Source: Corallochytrium limacisporum Hawaii (taxonomy: Eukaryota > Protista > Pluriformea). Taken from it: a stretch of DNA of 64,000 nt. The notes beneath the pieces were generated by a model, which was given only the letters and a program-made list of their open reading frames with translations, made no database searches and was not told the origin of the DNA. Positions within the stretch are counted from its first letter, which is position 1, and each line of letters opens with the position of its first letter. The stretch is taken from assembly GCA_002811645.1 (NCBI GenBank), contig PDIP01000026.1, positions 131,035-195,034 of the forward strand, given 5' to 3'. The position numbers and the translations under genes were made by a program. Positions 22,498 to 32,765 of the stretch are shown here, piece by piece.

Positions 22498-23497
22498 CTC
22501 AGTACGACTGCTGCGAGTACCGCTTAAGGGGAGACAGAGATTGCAATTAAAAGGCAGACAAGTGCACCGGCTTAATAATATACATTCAGCTTTAGGATGC
22601 CGCGTGATGCTTAGCGTGCCCTCATCTAAAGATCCGCTGCTTACGGCGGAGACGCAAAAATTCCTCTGCTCCCGCCTCTCATCCCTCCACTGTGCCTTTC
22701 CAAAAGGCATCCGGAGTGGTCAACCCCCATCGTATGCCTTGGCCAAAGAAATTGGGAGTCCTTTAATCCTTCCTTTCTTTTGGTTCTTGGTTCGGTGTAC
22801 CGTCGTATGACTGTAATTGCAAAATATCCCTCGCCCGCGGCGAGTGGGGAGGGGCGGGGGTGGGGTGCTGGTGGTTTTTCAACAGCCGTTGTCATATCCG
22901 AGGGAGGAAGACCCGTAGAAGGCAAGTTTTTGTCAATATGGCCTTCACCCCCGTGTTCTGGCACACGCGTACAGCAGAGTGGAGTTGGGGGCCAAGACTT
23001 CCCTCCGTCTGGCTGCTTTACTTGTACGTGGCGTGTGTTGGGTATGTTTTGTGTCATTTCCACTATTGCGCAAGCCGCGTTCGCACAGTCCACATAATTC
23101 TTGTGCCTGGGTAAACGTCGGCAGTGTGCCCTCCCCCGTGTCCCACCGCGGCCGAGCTTCGTTGGCCCGGGCCCTGTTTCCAAGATTTTGCGTCGTACAC
23201 CGATTACTATGAATGGGTGCCACTCAGAGTTGAGTGGGAGGAAGGAAGAGAAATCGACGGGAAAAGGGGGAGGGGAAGTGTGCGGTGAGCCTGCGTTGCG
23301 CATCCCCTCGGGACATCCCGATTCGTGAGCGCGGGTAGGCGGTATGATCATTTTGCATTTCACTTGGAAGAAAATTGCGTTGTTTCTGCGGTATTTAAAG
23401 GATTAGAAAGTATTCTAATTGTACCATGTGTCTTAAATCACATAACTAGACAAGACAACTCAAATGCAAATGTAAGAGAGAAGTTTCTTCAATCAAA

Positions 23498-24664
23498 ATG
23501 ACTACGGCTCCGATTGATTGCGACACACTGAAACAAATTGTGGCGGCAGATGTTTCCGGATCTATGGTAGCCACGGCTGTGGGCTACATTGGTGATGAAA
23601 TGGGTTTGTTTATGGGCCTTGCCAAGCTAGAAGATACGAAAAAGAGATATGTAACTCCTGTTGAACTTGCAGAAGCCCTAAACCTGCGTGAAAGATACGT
23701 GCGTGAGTGGTGTCGAGCGGCTGCTGGGGCGGGCTACATTAGTAAGAGGCCGCGAGAGGACGATTCAACGGATGAAGTTGGTGCCTTTGGAGTAGGTGAA
23801 GGCCAGCGGGAGGTGCTGTGCACTCCCGGTGGACCCCACGATCTCACTGGATACTTTGGCTTCCAGCTCTGCCTTACTAATCCGAAGGTCGCCGAGGGGA
23901 TCAAGAAGTGCTTCGATCTGTCTTCAGATATGGTGGGCCTCCCTTTCTCATCGTTTGGGGCAGGTCTAACCGGGTACATGACCCGCATGCACATACCTGC
24001 CTTTGAATATATGTTGGTACCGAAGTGGATAGCCCCCTGCATGCCAGACCTGCACAGAATGCTGCTTGCTCCCACCAATGGACATAAATCTCGCATCCTC
24101 GACGTCGGTTGCGGATGTGGTCACTCCACGCGCAGCCTTAGCCACTGCTATCCCGACGCAGAGGTTGTTGGCCTTGATCCTGACGAAGAGAGTTGCGAGC
24201 AGGCCCGCAATGACTCTAAGAACAGTCCAAACGTGTCTTTCGTGCAAGCAACAGTTCAGGACTGGCCGAAACAGGAGCCCAAATTGGACCAGGGCTATGA
24301 CCTCATCTTGGCCCACGACTGTGTGCATGACATGGCAGACCCTGTCGGCGGTCTAAGGGCCATGGGTGAATTGTTGGCAGGGGGCAACCCACATGCACGG
24401 ATTCTGTGGAGCGAGCCCGGTGGTAGCCAGGACCCTTCACAGATGACTTCAGCTAAATCACGCGGACGCGTGGCGATTAGTGTATTGCATTGCATGACTG
24501 TGTCGCTTGCACAGCCTGGGGGTACAGAAACTGGTGGTGTGGGTACCATCATTGGAAAGGCCGGTTGCCAGGAAATGGCCAGGAAGGCAGGGCTGACCTT
24601 TGAGGAGCTGCCTGCCTCTGACTTCAATCAATTCGTTTTCGCGCTCGGCCGGCCTAGCCATTAA
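23498..24664 (+). CDS. Class I SAM-dependent methyltransferase with N-terminal winged helix, Rv2258c-like
   Basis: ELAEALNLRERYVREW wHTH motif, motif I ILDVGCGCG, and the family motifs DCVHDMADP and SVLHCMTVSLA. Confidence 0.88.
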   Translation: MTTAPIDCDTLKQIVAADVSGSMVATAVGYIGDEMGLFMGLAKLEDTKKRYVTPVELAEALNLRERYVREWCRAAAGAGYISKRPREDDSTDEVGAFGVGEGQREVLCTPGGPHDLTGYFGFQLCLTNPKVAEGIKKCFDLSSDMVGLPFSSFGAGLTGYMTRMHIPAFEYMLVPKWIAPCMPDLHRMLLAPTNGHKSRILDVGCGCGHSTRSLSHCYPDAEVVGLDPDEESCEQARNDSKNSPNVSFVQATVQDWPKQEPKLDQGYDLILAHDCVHDMADPVGGLRAMGELLAGGNPHARILWSEPGGSQDPSQMTSAKSRGRVAISVLHCMTVSLAQPGGTETGGVGTIIGKAGCQEMARKAGLTFEELPASDFNQFVFALGRPSH

Positions 24665-24756
24665 GACACCTGTCTCAGGCAATAGATACTAAATCAACAA
24701 AATACAATGATGACAGGAATGACTTTAACTGTTTCAGCGAACTGTGAAGGCGGCGT

Positions 24757-26499
24757 TCAACTGATACGGAATCTCCGCCGGAGGGCACTGGTTAGGTAGC
24801 CAATGACTCCACTAGCACCATCTTCGCTCTCACGGCTGCTGCTTGTAGATGACTTTGATATAGAGCCGTCCTTGTACTCTTTCCATGAGCCTACTGCAAG
24901 ATGCTCATAGCTCTTCAAACTCTCGATAGCGTCATCCATTCGTGCCTCGTTGCGAATCTGAATAAGCACATTGTTCTCATCTAGGAACTTAAAGTTAAAT
25001 CCACCAACATTGGTCAGGAGCCGGCGGATCAGCTTGTTATCAAACGCATCTTTGCCCTCGTTCGGCGCAGAACTTAGACGACTGACCACAATAAACTGTG
25101 CGTTTTCGTAAGGAGGGCTCTGAGCTTGCGTCAAATGTAACTCCGGATACACACTAAAAGGGACCGCGATCCGGTTCCCCAAACCCTCCACGGCGTTTAA
25201 ATAATCACTAAAGCTGGGCTTTTTGGAGTTCATGCTTTCGGGATCGGCAACCTGCTGAGATTTTTCCCAAAGTGAATGCGCTAACCACAGGAAATTGGCA
25301 CCTTGCATGTACGAATCATATCCAGCTTCATGCGCTTGTGCATTCTCGATATAATGGTCTTGTCCCTCGGCAAAGGTGATCTCGGGAATTAGGTTTGCAT
25401 GGTCTGACCTCTTTTTCTCGCTCAAAAAGTCGTACAGCATGTCAACGCTTGTAGACTTCGAGCTGCCACTCACGGTCAAGTTAGCCTCATCTCGCGCATA
25501 CAAGGCGATGAGCTTTGCGTCATACAAGTTTGGAAAAGCCTCATTCACACCAGCTTTGAATTGTGTCAGCGTATCAGGAATGGAGCCTTCAAAATGGTAC
25601 CAACTAAGTGTTAAATCGAGGACCATATTGTGTCCAATGAGGGGTTTCTTCGACGACTTCATCGCATCCCATATCGCACCAAAACCCCATTGTTCCTCCA
25701 ACATTTCAACCTCCCAATCATCTTGATCAGCCGCTCTAGTTTGCATCGTTGATTTACGCACTCGTAGTCCACCCTCCTGGCGAATGAAGCACAATTCAGG
25801 GAATCGCTTGGCTAGCTCCTGCCGAAGAATCAAAATGCGTACTTTACCACGAGCCCGGAGAAAGTAGATCTCGCCAACATTAGCATTTTCATACCAGTTC
25901 TTGATTTCCTTGATGGCAATCTCTACTGCTGTCTTGTCGTCATCCCTTTTCACGTCAAATTCTTTCTTTTTCTTGGACTTGATTCCACGATCACGCCGGA
26001 ATTGCAGTGTACGACCCGATTCATTGATCTGCATTTGCTGGCTGTCAAGCACGGTCTGCAGCTGATCTGTACTTAAATAGGAAAGCCCATCCTTAAAGGT
26101 CTTGTTCCAATCAAATCCATTTTGATTTAAGAATTCAATGGCCGATGCCTGCATTGTAAACCTTCGGTCACCGCTTGCCTCCGACGTACTCGGAAACAAG
26201 TTGAAGTTGTAAACGTGGGCATCAAAGTTCTGTGTGTCCGGATTTTGCTTGTAGAGTGCCAAACCAAACTGTAAGACCTGAAAGTTGGATGCAAACGATT
26301 GCCAGCGCTGATATTTCTCTTCCAGAGAGTCAAGGATTCCCGACCCGGTCGGAGTGATAAAACTATTGGAGGTGTCACCGGCTGGCGTCGCCAGACTCAT
26401 CCCAGAGAACTCCAAGTCAAATGCCATGAACGTGCATCCAAGGATATTCTTTTTGATCTCAGGAAGCTCCTGACGAAAGTTTGCCCTGGTGATATCCAT
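24757..26499 (-). CDS. PARN/PNLDC1-family DEDDh deadenylase (CAF1 family)
   Basis: True start is most likely MDITRANF at 26499 (PARN-like N-terminus). Catalytic motifs AFDLEFSG, HNMVLDL and HEAGYDSY are intact. Confidence 0.9.
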   Translation of the reverse strand: MDITRANFRQELPEIKKNILGCTFMAFDLEFSGMSLATPAGDTSNSFITPTGSGILDSLEEKYQRWQSFASNFQVLQFGLALYKQNPDTQNFDAHVYNFNLFPSTSEASGDRRFTMQASAIEFLNQNGFDWNKTFKDGLSYLSTDQLQTVLDSQQMQINESGRTLQFRRDRGIKSKKKKEFDVKRDDDKTAVEIAIKEIKNWYENANVGEIYFLRARGKVRILILRQELAKRFPELCFIRQEGGLRVRKSTMQTRAADQDDWEVEMLEEQWGFGAIWDAMKSSKKPLIGHNMVLDLTLSWYHFEGSIPDTLTQFKAGVNEAFPNLYDAKLIALYARDEANLTVSGSSKSTSVDMLYDFLSEKKRSDHANLIPEITFAEGQDHYIENAQAHEAGYDSYMQGANFLWLAHSLWEKSQQVADPESMNSKKPSFSDYLNAVEGLGNRIAVPFSVYPELHLTQAQSPPYENAQFIVVSRLSSAPNEGKDAFDNKLIRRLLTNVGGFNFKFLDENNVLIQIRNEARMDDAIESLKSYEHLAVGSWKEYKDGSISKSSTSSSRESEDGASGVIGYLTSALRRRFRIS

Positions 26500-27356
26500 C
26501 CTTCGCACGGGGAACGCGCGGAGCGCGTGCCGCAGGAGTGTCCGGCTTACGGACACAATCGTTACGTCTCTGATATGTGACCCTGAACAACCACTCACAT
26601 AGTCGTCAGAGGTACCAACAACGGTGTGGAACCATAGAATAGCGCCTGGGAGTTGTGAATAACCACTGAGCCAATGGATCGGAAACAAACCCTGAGCGTA
26701 CCTTTGAAGTACCCGCGTGGGGTAGCTTTTGCAGAACCTCCGGCGGACAAATGGGTACGGTTGGGCAGCCACCGGAGCTAAGGGGCTCCGATTTCCTCAG
26801 ATGTCCCGCCTTCCGGAATAAAATAGGCCCCGGTGTGCACTTCCTCTCCTTTCCGCCGAGAGTCAAAGGAGCCCCTGATGTAAAAGTCAAAACACCGGGG
26901 ACCCAGAACAAAAATGGCCACGGATACAACCATTGTATTGGGTATCGCCCGCTTGACGTGGCGGGGCCGAAAAGAAGAACCTGCACCTCCGTCGGGTGGG
27001 CCGGTAGTCATTGTACCGGCAATGGTGCGGGCGCGGGCGCCACAAAGGGAAAACAGTGGGGGGCGCCCTTGGCCCCGAAAAGCCAGAGCGCCACGGCAAG
27101 GTCAACTACTGCGTACGGAACACAAAAGGGGGATTAGAACACCTGGAACAAAGCACAGGCCTGTAATCGCTCTCAAACCATTTATAATCCCTGATGCTTG
27201 TGTTCCGTCCCTAGGAAATGCTGTCTAATGGTAAATAGAGACTCAGGTACTTGGGTGTAGGCCACAGTTGTGGATGTTGAGAGAGCTCTCGCGTGTGACG
27301 TGCATCGAAACATCAGGCGGTCTTCGAGAAGGCATTGACTAGTTTGGAAATACACA

Positions 27357-27956
27357 ATGGAATTTCTGGTGGGAGTTACGGGTAAGGGGTTCACCCTTCT
27401 GGCCGCAGACAAGATGTCTGCCCGCTCTATTGTAATGATGAAGGATGACGAAGAAAAGATCAAAGACGTCTCTGGTCACTTGGCTATGGCCGTAGTGGGT
27501 GAACCTGGTGACAACGTTATTTTCCCGGAGTATATTGCAAAGAACGTTAGGTTGTATGAACTGCGGAATGGAATCACTCTATCGACACATGCTGCTGCTA
27601 ATTTTATTCGCAGTGAACTGTCACGGTACCTACGCTCTCGCACTCCGTATCAGGTAAACTTGTTGCTCGGCGGTGTTGATGGTGATGAATCCGCCCTGTA
27701 CTTCATGGATTACCTAGGCGCCATGCAAAAGGTTCCATTCGGAGCCCACGGATATGGAGCTTTCTTCACCATGTCTACAATGGACCGGTACTACAAGCCT
27801 GATATGTCTAAAGAGGAAGCATTTGATCTGATGAAAAAGGTACTCGCGGAACTAAACAAGCGGTTCTTGATCAACATGACCAAGTTTAGCTTTGCCCTGA
27901 TTACCAGCGAGGGTATTGTGCGTATGGATAGCCTAGATGAGGCCATGGCTGCATAA
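27357..27956 (+). CDS. PSMB2: 20S proteasome subunit beta type-2 (beta4/Pre1)
   Basis: ARSIVMMKDDEEKI, YIAKNVRLYELRNG, LRSRTPYQVNLLLGG, AHGYGAFF; 199 aa. Confidence 0.97.
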   Translation: MEFLVGVTGKGFTLLAADKMSARSIVMMKDDEEKIKDVSGHLAMAVVGEPGDNVIFPEYIAKNVRLYELRNGITLSTHAAANFIRSELSRYLRSRTPYQVNLLLGGVDGDESALYFMDYLGAMQKVPFGAHGYGAFFTMSTMDRYYKPDMSKEEAFDLMKKVLAELNKRFLINMTKFSFALITSEGIVRMDSLDEAMAA

Positions 27957-28036
27957 GGTGCTTTCTGTATAAGTCTTAAGCAAATTGTGATCGGGCCCTA
28001 CACATGAACATACAATGAAGTCTATAATATAGCTTT

Positions 28037-29140
28037 CTATCCTGAACTTGAAGCGTTCGGTTTCTGTACCGCAGCGACTAACTGTCGTGGGATATGTTTC
28101 TTTGCTCTGTGGTGGCGACCTCGGAAAGGGTCTGTAGGCAGCACAGGGCTAAGAGTGCAATTCCGAGATGACATTCCCGGCCTACCGAGGTTGCCGCGGC
28201 GTGTTAGACCCTCAACGGTGCCGTAGTCGCCATCGAAGTTGATCCAGTTTGGTTGTCCCATTTCTTTATCGATGACCTCAACATTCTTCCAACATTGCCA
28301 TCGTCGACCCTTCCCATTGTGTAGGTCATTAGCAAACCCCAGGATGCGGAAAGTCCATCCAGTTTCTGAATACGACGCATGTGATTCCGTTGCGGGATAT
28401 ACAATGGGGTGACATCCCGGAATTCCATCGATATTCTGCGTAAGTTGTAGTCCACTGCGGTTGGTCACAAAACGGCCCTCTCCAGCATGGCGATAGTAGA
28501 AGACCGAAATCAGACTGTTCATATCTTCATCGGTTGCTGGCTCTTTTGCAAACACGACCACTTGCTCCAGATCACCCTCGTGCACGCCGACTTCAAATGG
28601 GCACCCCAGGCCACAGAAACTAAAAATGTTCCCGTTGTACGCATAAATGAAGTAGTAGGTGATCTCATACACATCCTCGCAGACAATATCACAGCCGTCC
28701 TCATCAAAAATGTTGCACGGTGCCCGTGAAACAGAAGCATAACACGGTACGCGTCCCCGGGAGAGATCCTCCTCACCCTGTCCTTCCCACATTGTAGAGT
28801 CCGGGCGCAGACGGTGCTCATGCCACAGTGCGGTTTGGCCATCAACCTCATTGAGGCTACACTCCGAGGCACTGGCTTCCACCGGGTCGACAAGTTCACC
28901 AACACCGGCTATTTGAACATCAATACGGCGACCTCCTTTGCGAATTGCAGAACTGCTGCCATCCGACTGCTGCCTCCTGTACTCCTTCTTATGCCTATCC
29001 CAGCCCGTCTTGCACCACACTGCAGAGTTATCAGCAAGCCATTCTAAGCTGCATGGAAAATACTTTTCACGACTGTCGAAGCGAAGCTCGGGAGCATAGA
29101 ATTCGGCTAACCGCTGCGCAAGCTCCGGCCTGATTGCCAT
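28037..29140 (-). CDS. Vps62/DUF946-family protein
   Basis: YAPELRFDSREKYFP, YYFIYAYNG, HEGDLE and HPIVY...SHASY motifs. Confidence 0.8.
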   Translation of the reverse strand: MAIRPELAQRLAEFYAPELRFDSREKYFPCSLEWLADNSAVWCKTGWDRHKKEYRRQQSDGSSSAIRKGGRRIDVQIAGVGELVDPVEASASECSLNEVDGQTALWHEHRLRPDSTMWEGQGEEDLSRGRVPCYASVSRAPCNIFDEDGCDIVCEDVYEITYYFIYAYNGNIFSFCGLGCPFEVGVHEGDLEQVVVFAKEPATDEDMNSLISVFYYRHAGEGRFVTNRSGLQLTQNIDGIPGCHPIVYPATESHASYSETGWTFRILGFANDLHNGKGRRWQCWKNVEVIDKEMGQPNWINFDGDYGTVEGLTRRGNLGRPGMSSRNCTLSPVLPTDPFRGRHHRAKKHIPRQLVAAVQKPNASSSG

Positions 29141-29600
29141 GCTCCTCTTCTACCGACACTTCAGAGGACACTTCGAGACATTCCGCGAAATAGGACCTTT
29201 TGGTCGTCGTAGACACTATTTGTACAGATCTCACGGAATTTTGCACATCTTCTTTAAGCACCTCAATTGATTGGTGAAACGGCAGCATGTTGCCACGATT
29301 TCTGGGGACGAAAGACTTTAGTGTGAGGTGCTCCGCAGTTGGGAAACCCACTCCCCAATGCCGTTCAAGATCTGAGTTTTCCGCGCCGGCGGAATCACCC
29401 GCTGGGGAGAGGGCCAGCGAGGGTGCCAGCCAGCGGATCAGTCAACAAATATATACAGCTATTTGCAATGTGGAGTGAGGACGGTCTTCGACAGGTCGCT
29501 AGATCAATGCGACTGAATTGTCTTGCTTCTACGGTGAAGGATACCAGTGGTCTTGGATCACCACGCTGTGTCGACGTACATACTACGACGACGTACAGCG

Positions 29601-30788
29601 ATGGCACCCATGTCACGGGGAGCAGGGCCGTTTGCGGGCACAGGCACTCTGCTGCCACCGTTCCGCTATGCAATTGTAGAAGAAGGCTTGCATCGGGGAG
29701 CGTGTCCAAGTACCAGGAACTTTAATTTTTTAAAGTGCCTCAAGCTTAAGACTATGATTAGCTTGGTTCCACAAAAGATGACTTTGCATTTGCAGCCTTT
29801 CTGTGTTGACGAGGGAATCGAGTTACTGCATTTGGAGACTGCACAATTCAAGGAGGAAGTTCCTCTCAAGGTTGACAATATTGCGGTTGTGCTTTCAAAA
29901 GTCATTGATGTTAAAAATCATCCAATCTACATGCACTGCGTGGACGGTACTCATGTTGTAGGTCTGCTGGGCGTAATGATCCGGCTTCTGCAACGCTGGA
30001 CTCTTTCAGCTGCCATCAATGAATACACCCGCTTCTTGCGTGAGGCCGTTGTATCGACTGAGGAGGAGAAGTTTCTTAAATCCGGGTGGAAGAAGGAGAT
30101 TATTGTACCATTGGATGTACCATTTTGGCTACGCAAGCATTTCTTTGCGGAAAAGGATGGAGGCATGGTTCTTGTACGACATCCTCACTTCAAACTTAAA
30201 GCCTCTGATGAGGTGGCTGATGCTACGATGGTTCAGCAGATCACTCAGCAGGTACAATCGAGCGTTCAAGGCACACCCAAGAAAGGTGTCAGTCCCAATA
30301 TGTACAACTCGACACAAACTCCGGTGAAAGACACAGAGCAGGTTGGTGCGTCTGGTGCAAATGACGTGCGCAAGGTGTCGTACATCGCCTCAGGCAGGGC
30401 CTCGCCGGATCGCTTTCCGTCTCCCGGTCCCCGTGGTGCTGAGGAGTCCGAACTTGACGCCAAACCCTTCTATCCAGGTATGATTGAGAGCATCCAGCGC
30501 TGGAAACAAGGCGGTGGTGTGCAGAGCCCGGAAGGTGGGTTGGCCCGGCGAAAGCAGGCCTTACGAAACCTGCGAGCTGCAGGCAAGCTCGAGAAGGCTG
30601 ATCTCAGCCTCGAGGTCCGAGCGTTGAGCCTAACGGGCCTAGGGCGCAAGAATACAAAGGGCATCCCAGCGCTGCCATACGAGCGATTGAAAGACCCGCA
30701 GATCGTGCCAAACAAGGCGGCTTCCCCAGAGCTCCACACCCCGTCGAGCTCGGGGGTGGGTGGGGAGGCACCGTCCGGCGCGAAATAA
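29601..30788 (+). CDS. Siw14/OCA-family atypical dual-specificity phosphatase, OCA6-like, probably catalytically inactive
   Basis: PPFRYAIVEEGLHRGACP...NFNFL...LKLKTMISL is the family N-terminus. The P-loop HCVDGTHV lacks the CX5R arginine. First ATG is at 29601. Confidence 0.8.
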   Translation: MAPMSRGAGPFAGTGTLLPPFRYAIVEEGLHRGACPSTRNFNFLKCLKLKTMISLVPQKMTLHLQPFCVDEGIELLHLETAQFKEEVPLKVDNIAVVLSKVIDVKNHPIYMHCVDGTHVVGLLGVMIRLLQRWTLSAAINEYTRFLREAVVSTEEEKFLKSGWKKEIIVPLDVPFWLRKHFFAEKDGGMVLVRHPHFKLKASDEVADATMVQQITQQVQSSVQGTPKKGVSPNMYNSTQTPVKDTEQVGASGANDVRKVSYIASGRASPDRFPSPGPRGAEESELDAKPFYPGMIESIQRWKQGGGVQSPEGGLARRKQALRNLRAAGKLEKADLSLEVRALSLTGLGRKNTKGIPALPYERLKDPQIVPNKAASPELHTPSSSGVGGEAPSGAK

Positions 30789-30947
30789 AAACTGCCACCG
30801 CTCTGCGAGAGAAATACGGACACTGGATTACTTTGGTTCTTCCGGATCTACTGGTATGTCAAAGTATGCTTGCGCATGTACGTGAAATGTAAAGAAAAGG
30901 AGTCCGAATTATGACTAAAGAATACAGAAACAGTTATACGATTATTA

Positions 30948-31535
30948 ATGACAACCATGGACCCGGTGTATAAGAATATGGAAGCGGTCGAAGAGCCATC
31001 CACAGGAGAGCGAATCGTCTTATGGCACGAGGACGCGGATGGCACTCCACATCTTGAGGAATTCGAAACATTTCAAGAGTGGGTAAACAGCATCAACTGG
31101 CTTGGTGAACCCGTATTAATTGGAGTTATCACGTTTCATCTTGTGATTATGGTGATGGTGCTGCTCATGCCTAAAGCCAAGAATCTTTCTAGAGAAGCCA
31201 CCTTTTTCGTGAGTCTTATCGTTCTCGCGTTTGTATCGGAACGGGCGAACGAGGAGTGCATCAAGTATTGGCCCATGCTATTCAAGAAGAACCACTGCGA
31301 TAAGGCCGGGATCTTTATGTCGCTGGTGTGGACCTTCCCACTGTGCGTGAACGCCCTACTGATGATCTTGGGCTGGATGGTTGCCTCCTTCAATGATGCC
31401 GCGAACCTTAAGGCAAAGCAGCTCCGGGCGCAGCATGCGCAGCGGCTGAAAGAGATCAGAGAAGGTAGCAAGGCACCGACAAAGCCAGCACCAAAGGCGA
31501 AATCTGCCAAGGCTAAGTCGAAGAAGCGCGACTGA
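30948..31535 (+). CDS. TMEM18: Transmembrane protein 18-like
   Basis: INWLGEPVLIGVITFH and SERANE...YW...F...DKAGIFMSLVWTFPL motifs, three TM helices, basic C-terminal tail. Confidence 0.8.
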   Translation: MTTMDPVYKNMEAVEEPSTGERIVLWHEDADGTPHLEEFETFQEWVNSINWLGEPVLIGVITFHLVIMVMVLLMPKAKNLSREATFFVSLIVLAFVSERANEECIKYWPMLFKKNHCDKAGIFMSLVWTFPLCVNALLMILGWMVASFNDAANLKAKQLRAQHAQRLKEIREGSKAPTKPAPKAKSAKAKSKKRD

Positions 31536-32048
31536 CCCGGATACTCAAGGGCCGAGATCATCTAAGGGACTCTGATCTGAACACCAACCTAATCACAAAC
31601 TAATATAGAAGTACAAAACACCATTCCCCTTCCTTGATTTCTTTTCTCTTTTATTCCTTTTCCTTTTCTTTGGGGTGGGGTGAAGTAGCGTGTCGAAAAA
31701 GGCTACGGAAGTCAAAGATCTGACACTCGGTGGATTAGGCCGCCCCAGAGAGCTGATGAACGGTTTTGTGCTGTGCAAGAATACTGTACTCCTGCAGGAC
31801 ATGTCCTTGATCTGTCCGTCATTTTGAGACATCGGTCATCGAGATCACAGTCGGTACTTTTCGATGCGGTCGTGCACAAGGTGATAGATTACAAAGCCAG
31901 AGGCACGACGTATGTTCTTGGCTATTTACAAGACCTGATCGCCAGCGACGTCAAAATTGAAGCTCCCGGCACTAAACCTTTTCTGCATTTCATCGAGCCC
32001 ATAGTTTAAGCTTCGCCTTAAGAGGCTCATTTCCAAACACTACTTGGT

Positions 32049-32765
32049 TCACTCGCCGAGCAGAGATGTGTTGCCTGACTCGACCTTTTCCAAGAGGGCC
32101 TGGTCGGCCAGCAGGATGAAACCAAAGCCACACTTGGCAATGATGTCAAGGACCATGTAGGCAACGACCTCAACATCGACGGATACGACATTGGCACCTT
32201 CTGCAGCGGCCCAAACTATGGGATACGCGATCCACAGGACAACGGTCATGTTAGCCAAGGTGGCGAACTTGCTCTTAACATCCTCACCAAAGCGCTCGGC
32301 ATTCTTTGCGATACCGGTGTAGAGGGACATAATGATGAAGCCGAAGAAAATGCAGCCGTACACAAAGAATATCCACTTCAGGCCGTTGTCGTACAGGCCA
32401 CCAAGGACACCAGCCACAACCATCATAATGTCAGCACCGATCAGGAAGATTAGCTCGTTTTGATGGGCGCCTGCCAGCAGACCGAGGTCCAGCAGCAACA
32501 ATGGTGTTGTCACGAGCCAGTCTAGGTAACGGGCAAACAGGAAGTGGCGGTCACCAACATGAGTTCCACCGAAGCCGAAGGCCATGGTCATATACGCTAC
32601 GGAAGCGAAGCCGGTGATGAGGAAAGTCAGGTTGTGGAAGCGGCGGTACTCAACATCAACACGTAGACCACCGAAGTAGAAGGCGAAGGTGGACACTAGC
32701 ATGCAGGCAAAGCCAATGTACAGGAACATGAATCCTGTGGAAGAGATCTCTCCGTGCTCAGACAT
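32049..32765 (-). CDS. Type-1 (microbial) rhodopsin, bacteriorhodopsin-like DTD proton pump, 238 aa
   Basis: Seven hydrophobic segments. Helix C ARYLDWLVTTPLLLLD supplies R82/D85/T89/D96 equivalents, helix G LDIIAK supplies D212/K216, and AEG...VDVE matches E194/E204. Confidence 0.96.
   Translation of the reverse strand: MSEHGEISSTGFMFLYIGFACMLVSTFAFYFGGLRVDVEYRRFHNLTFLITGFASVAYMTMAFGFGGTHVGDRHFLFARYLDWLVTTPLLLLDLGLLAGAHQNELIFLIGADIMMVVAGVLGGLYDNGLKWIFFVYGCIFFGFIIMSLYTGIAKNAERFGEDVKSKFATLANMTVVLWIAYPIVWAAAEGANVVSVDVEVVAYMVLDIIAKCGFGFILLADQALLEKVESGNTSLLGE

Noticed and set aside
26500-26772. 91-aa N-terminal extension of the PARN-like ORF, and similar extensions for OCA, PTGR, PhoD, CEPT and the 47440 ORF
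   Set aside because: They start at non-ATG codons in a eukaryote. Family homology begins at or after the downstream ATG.
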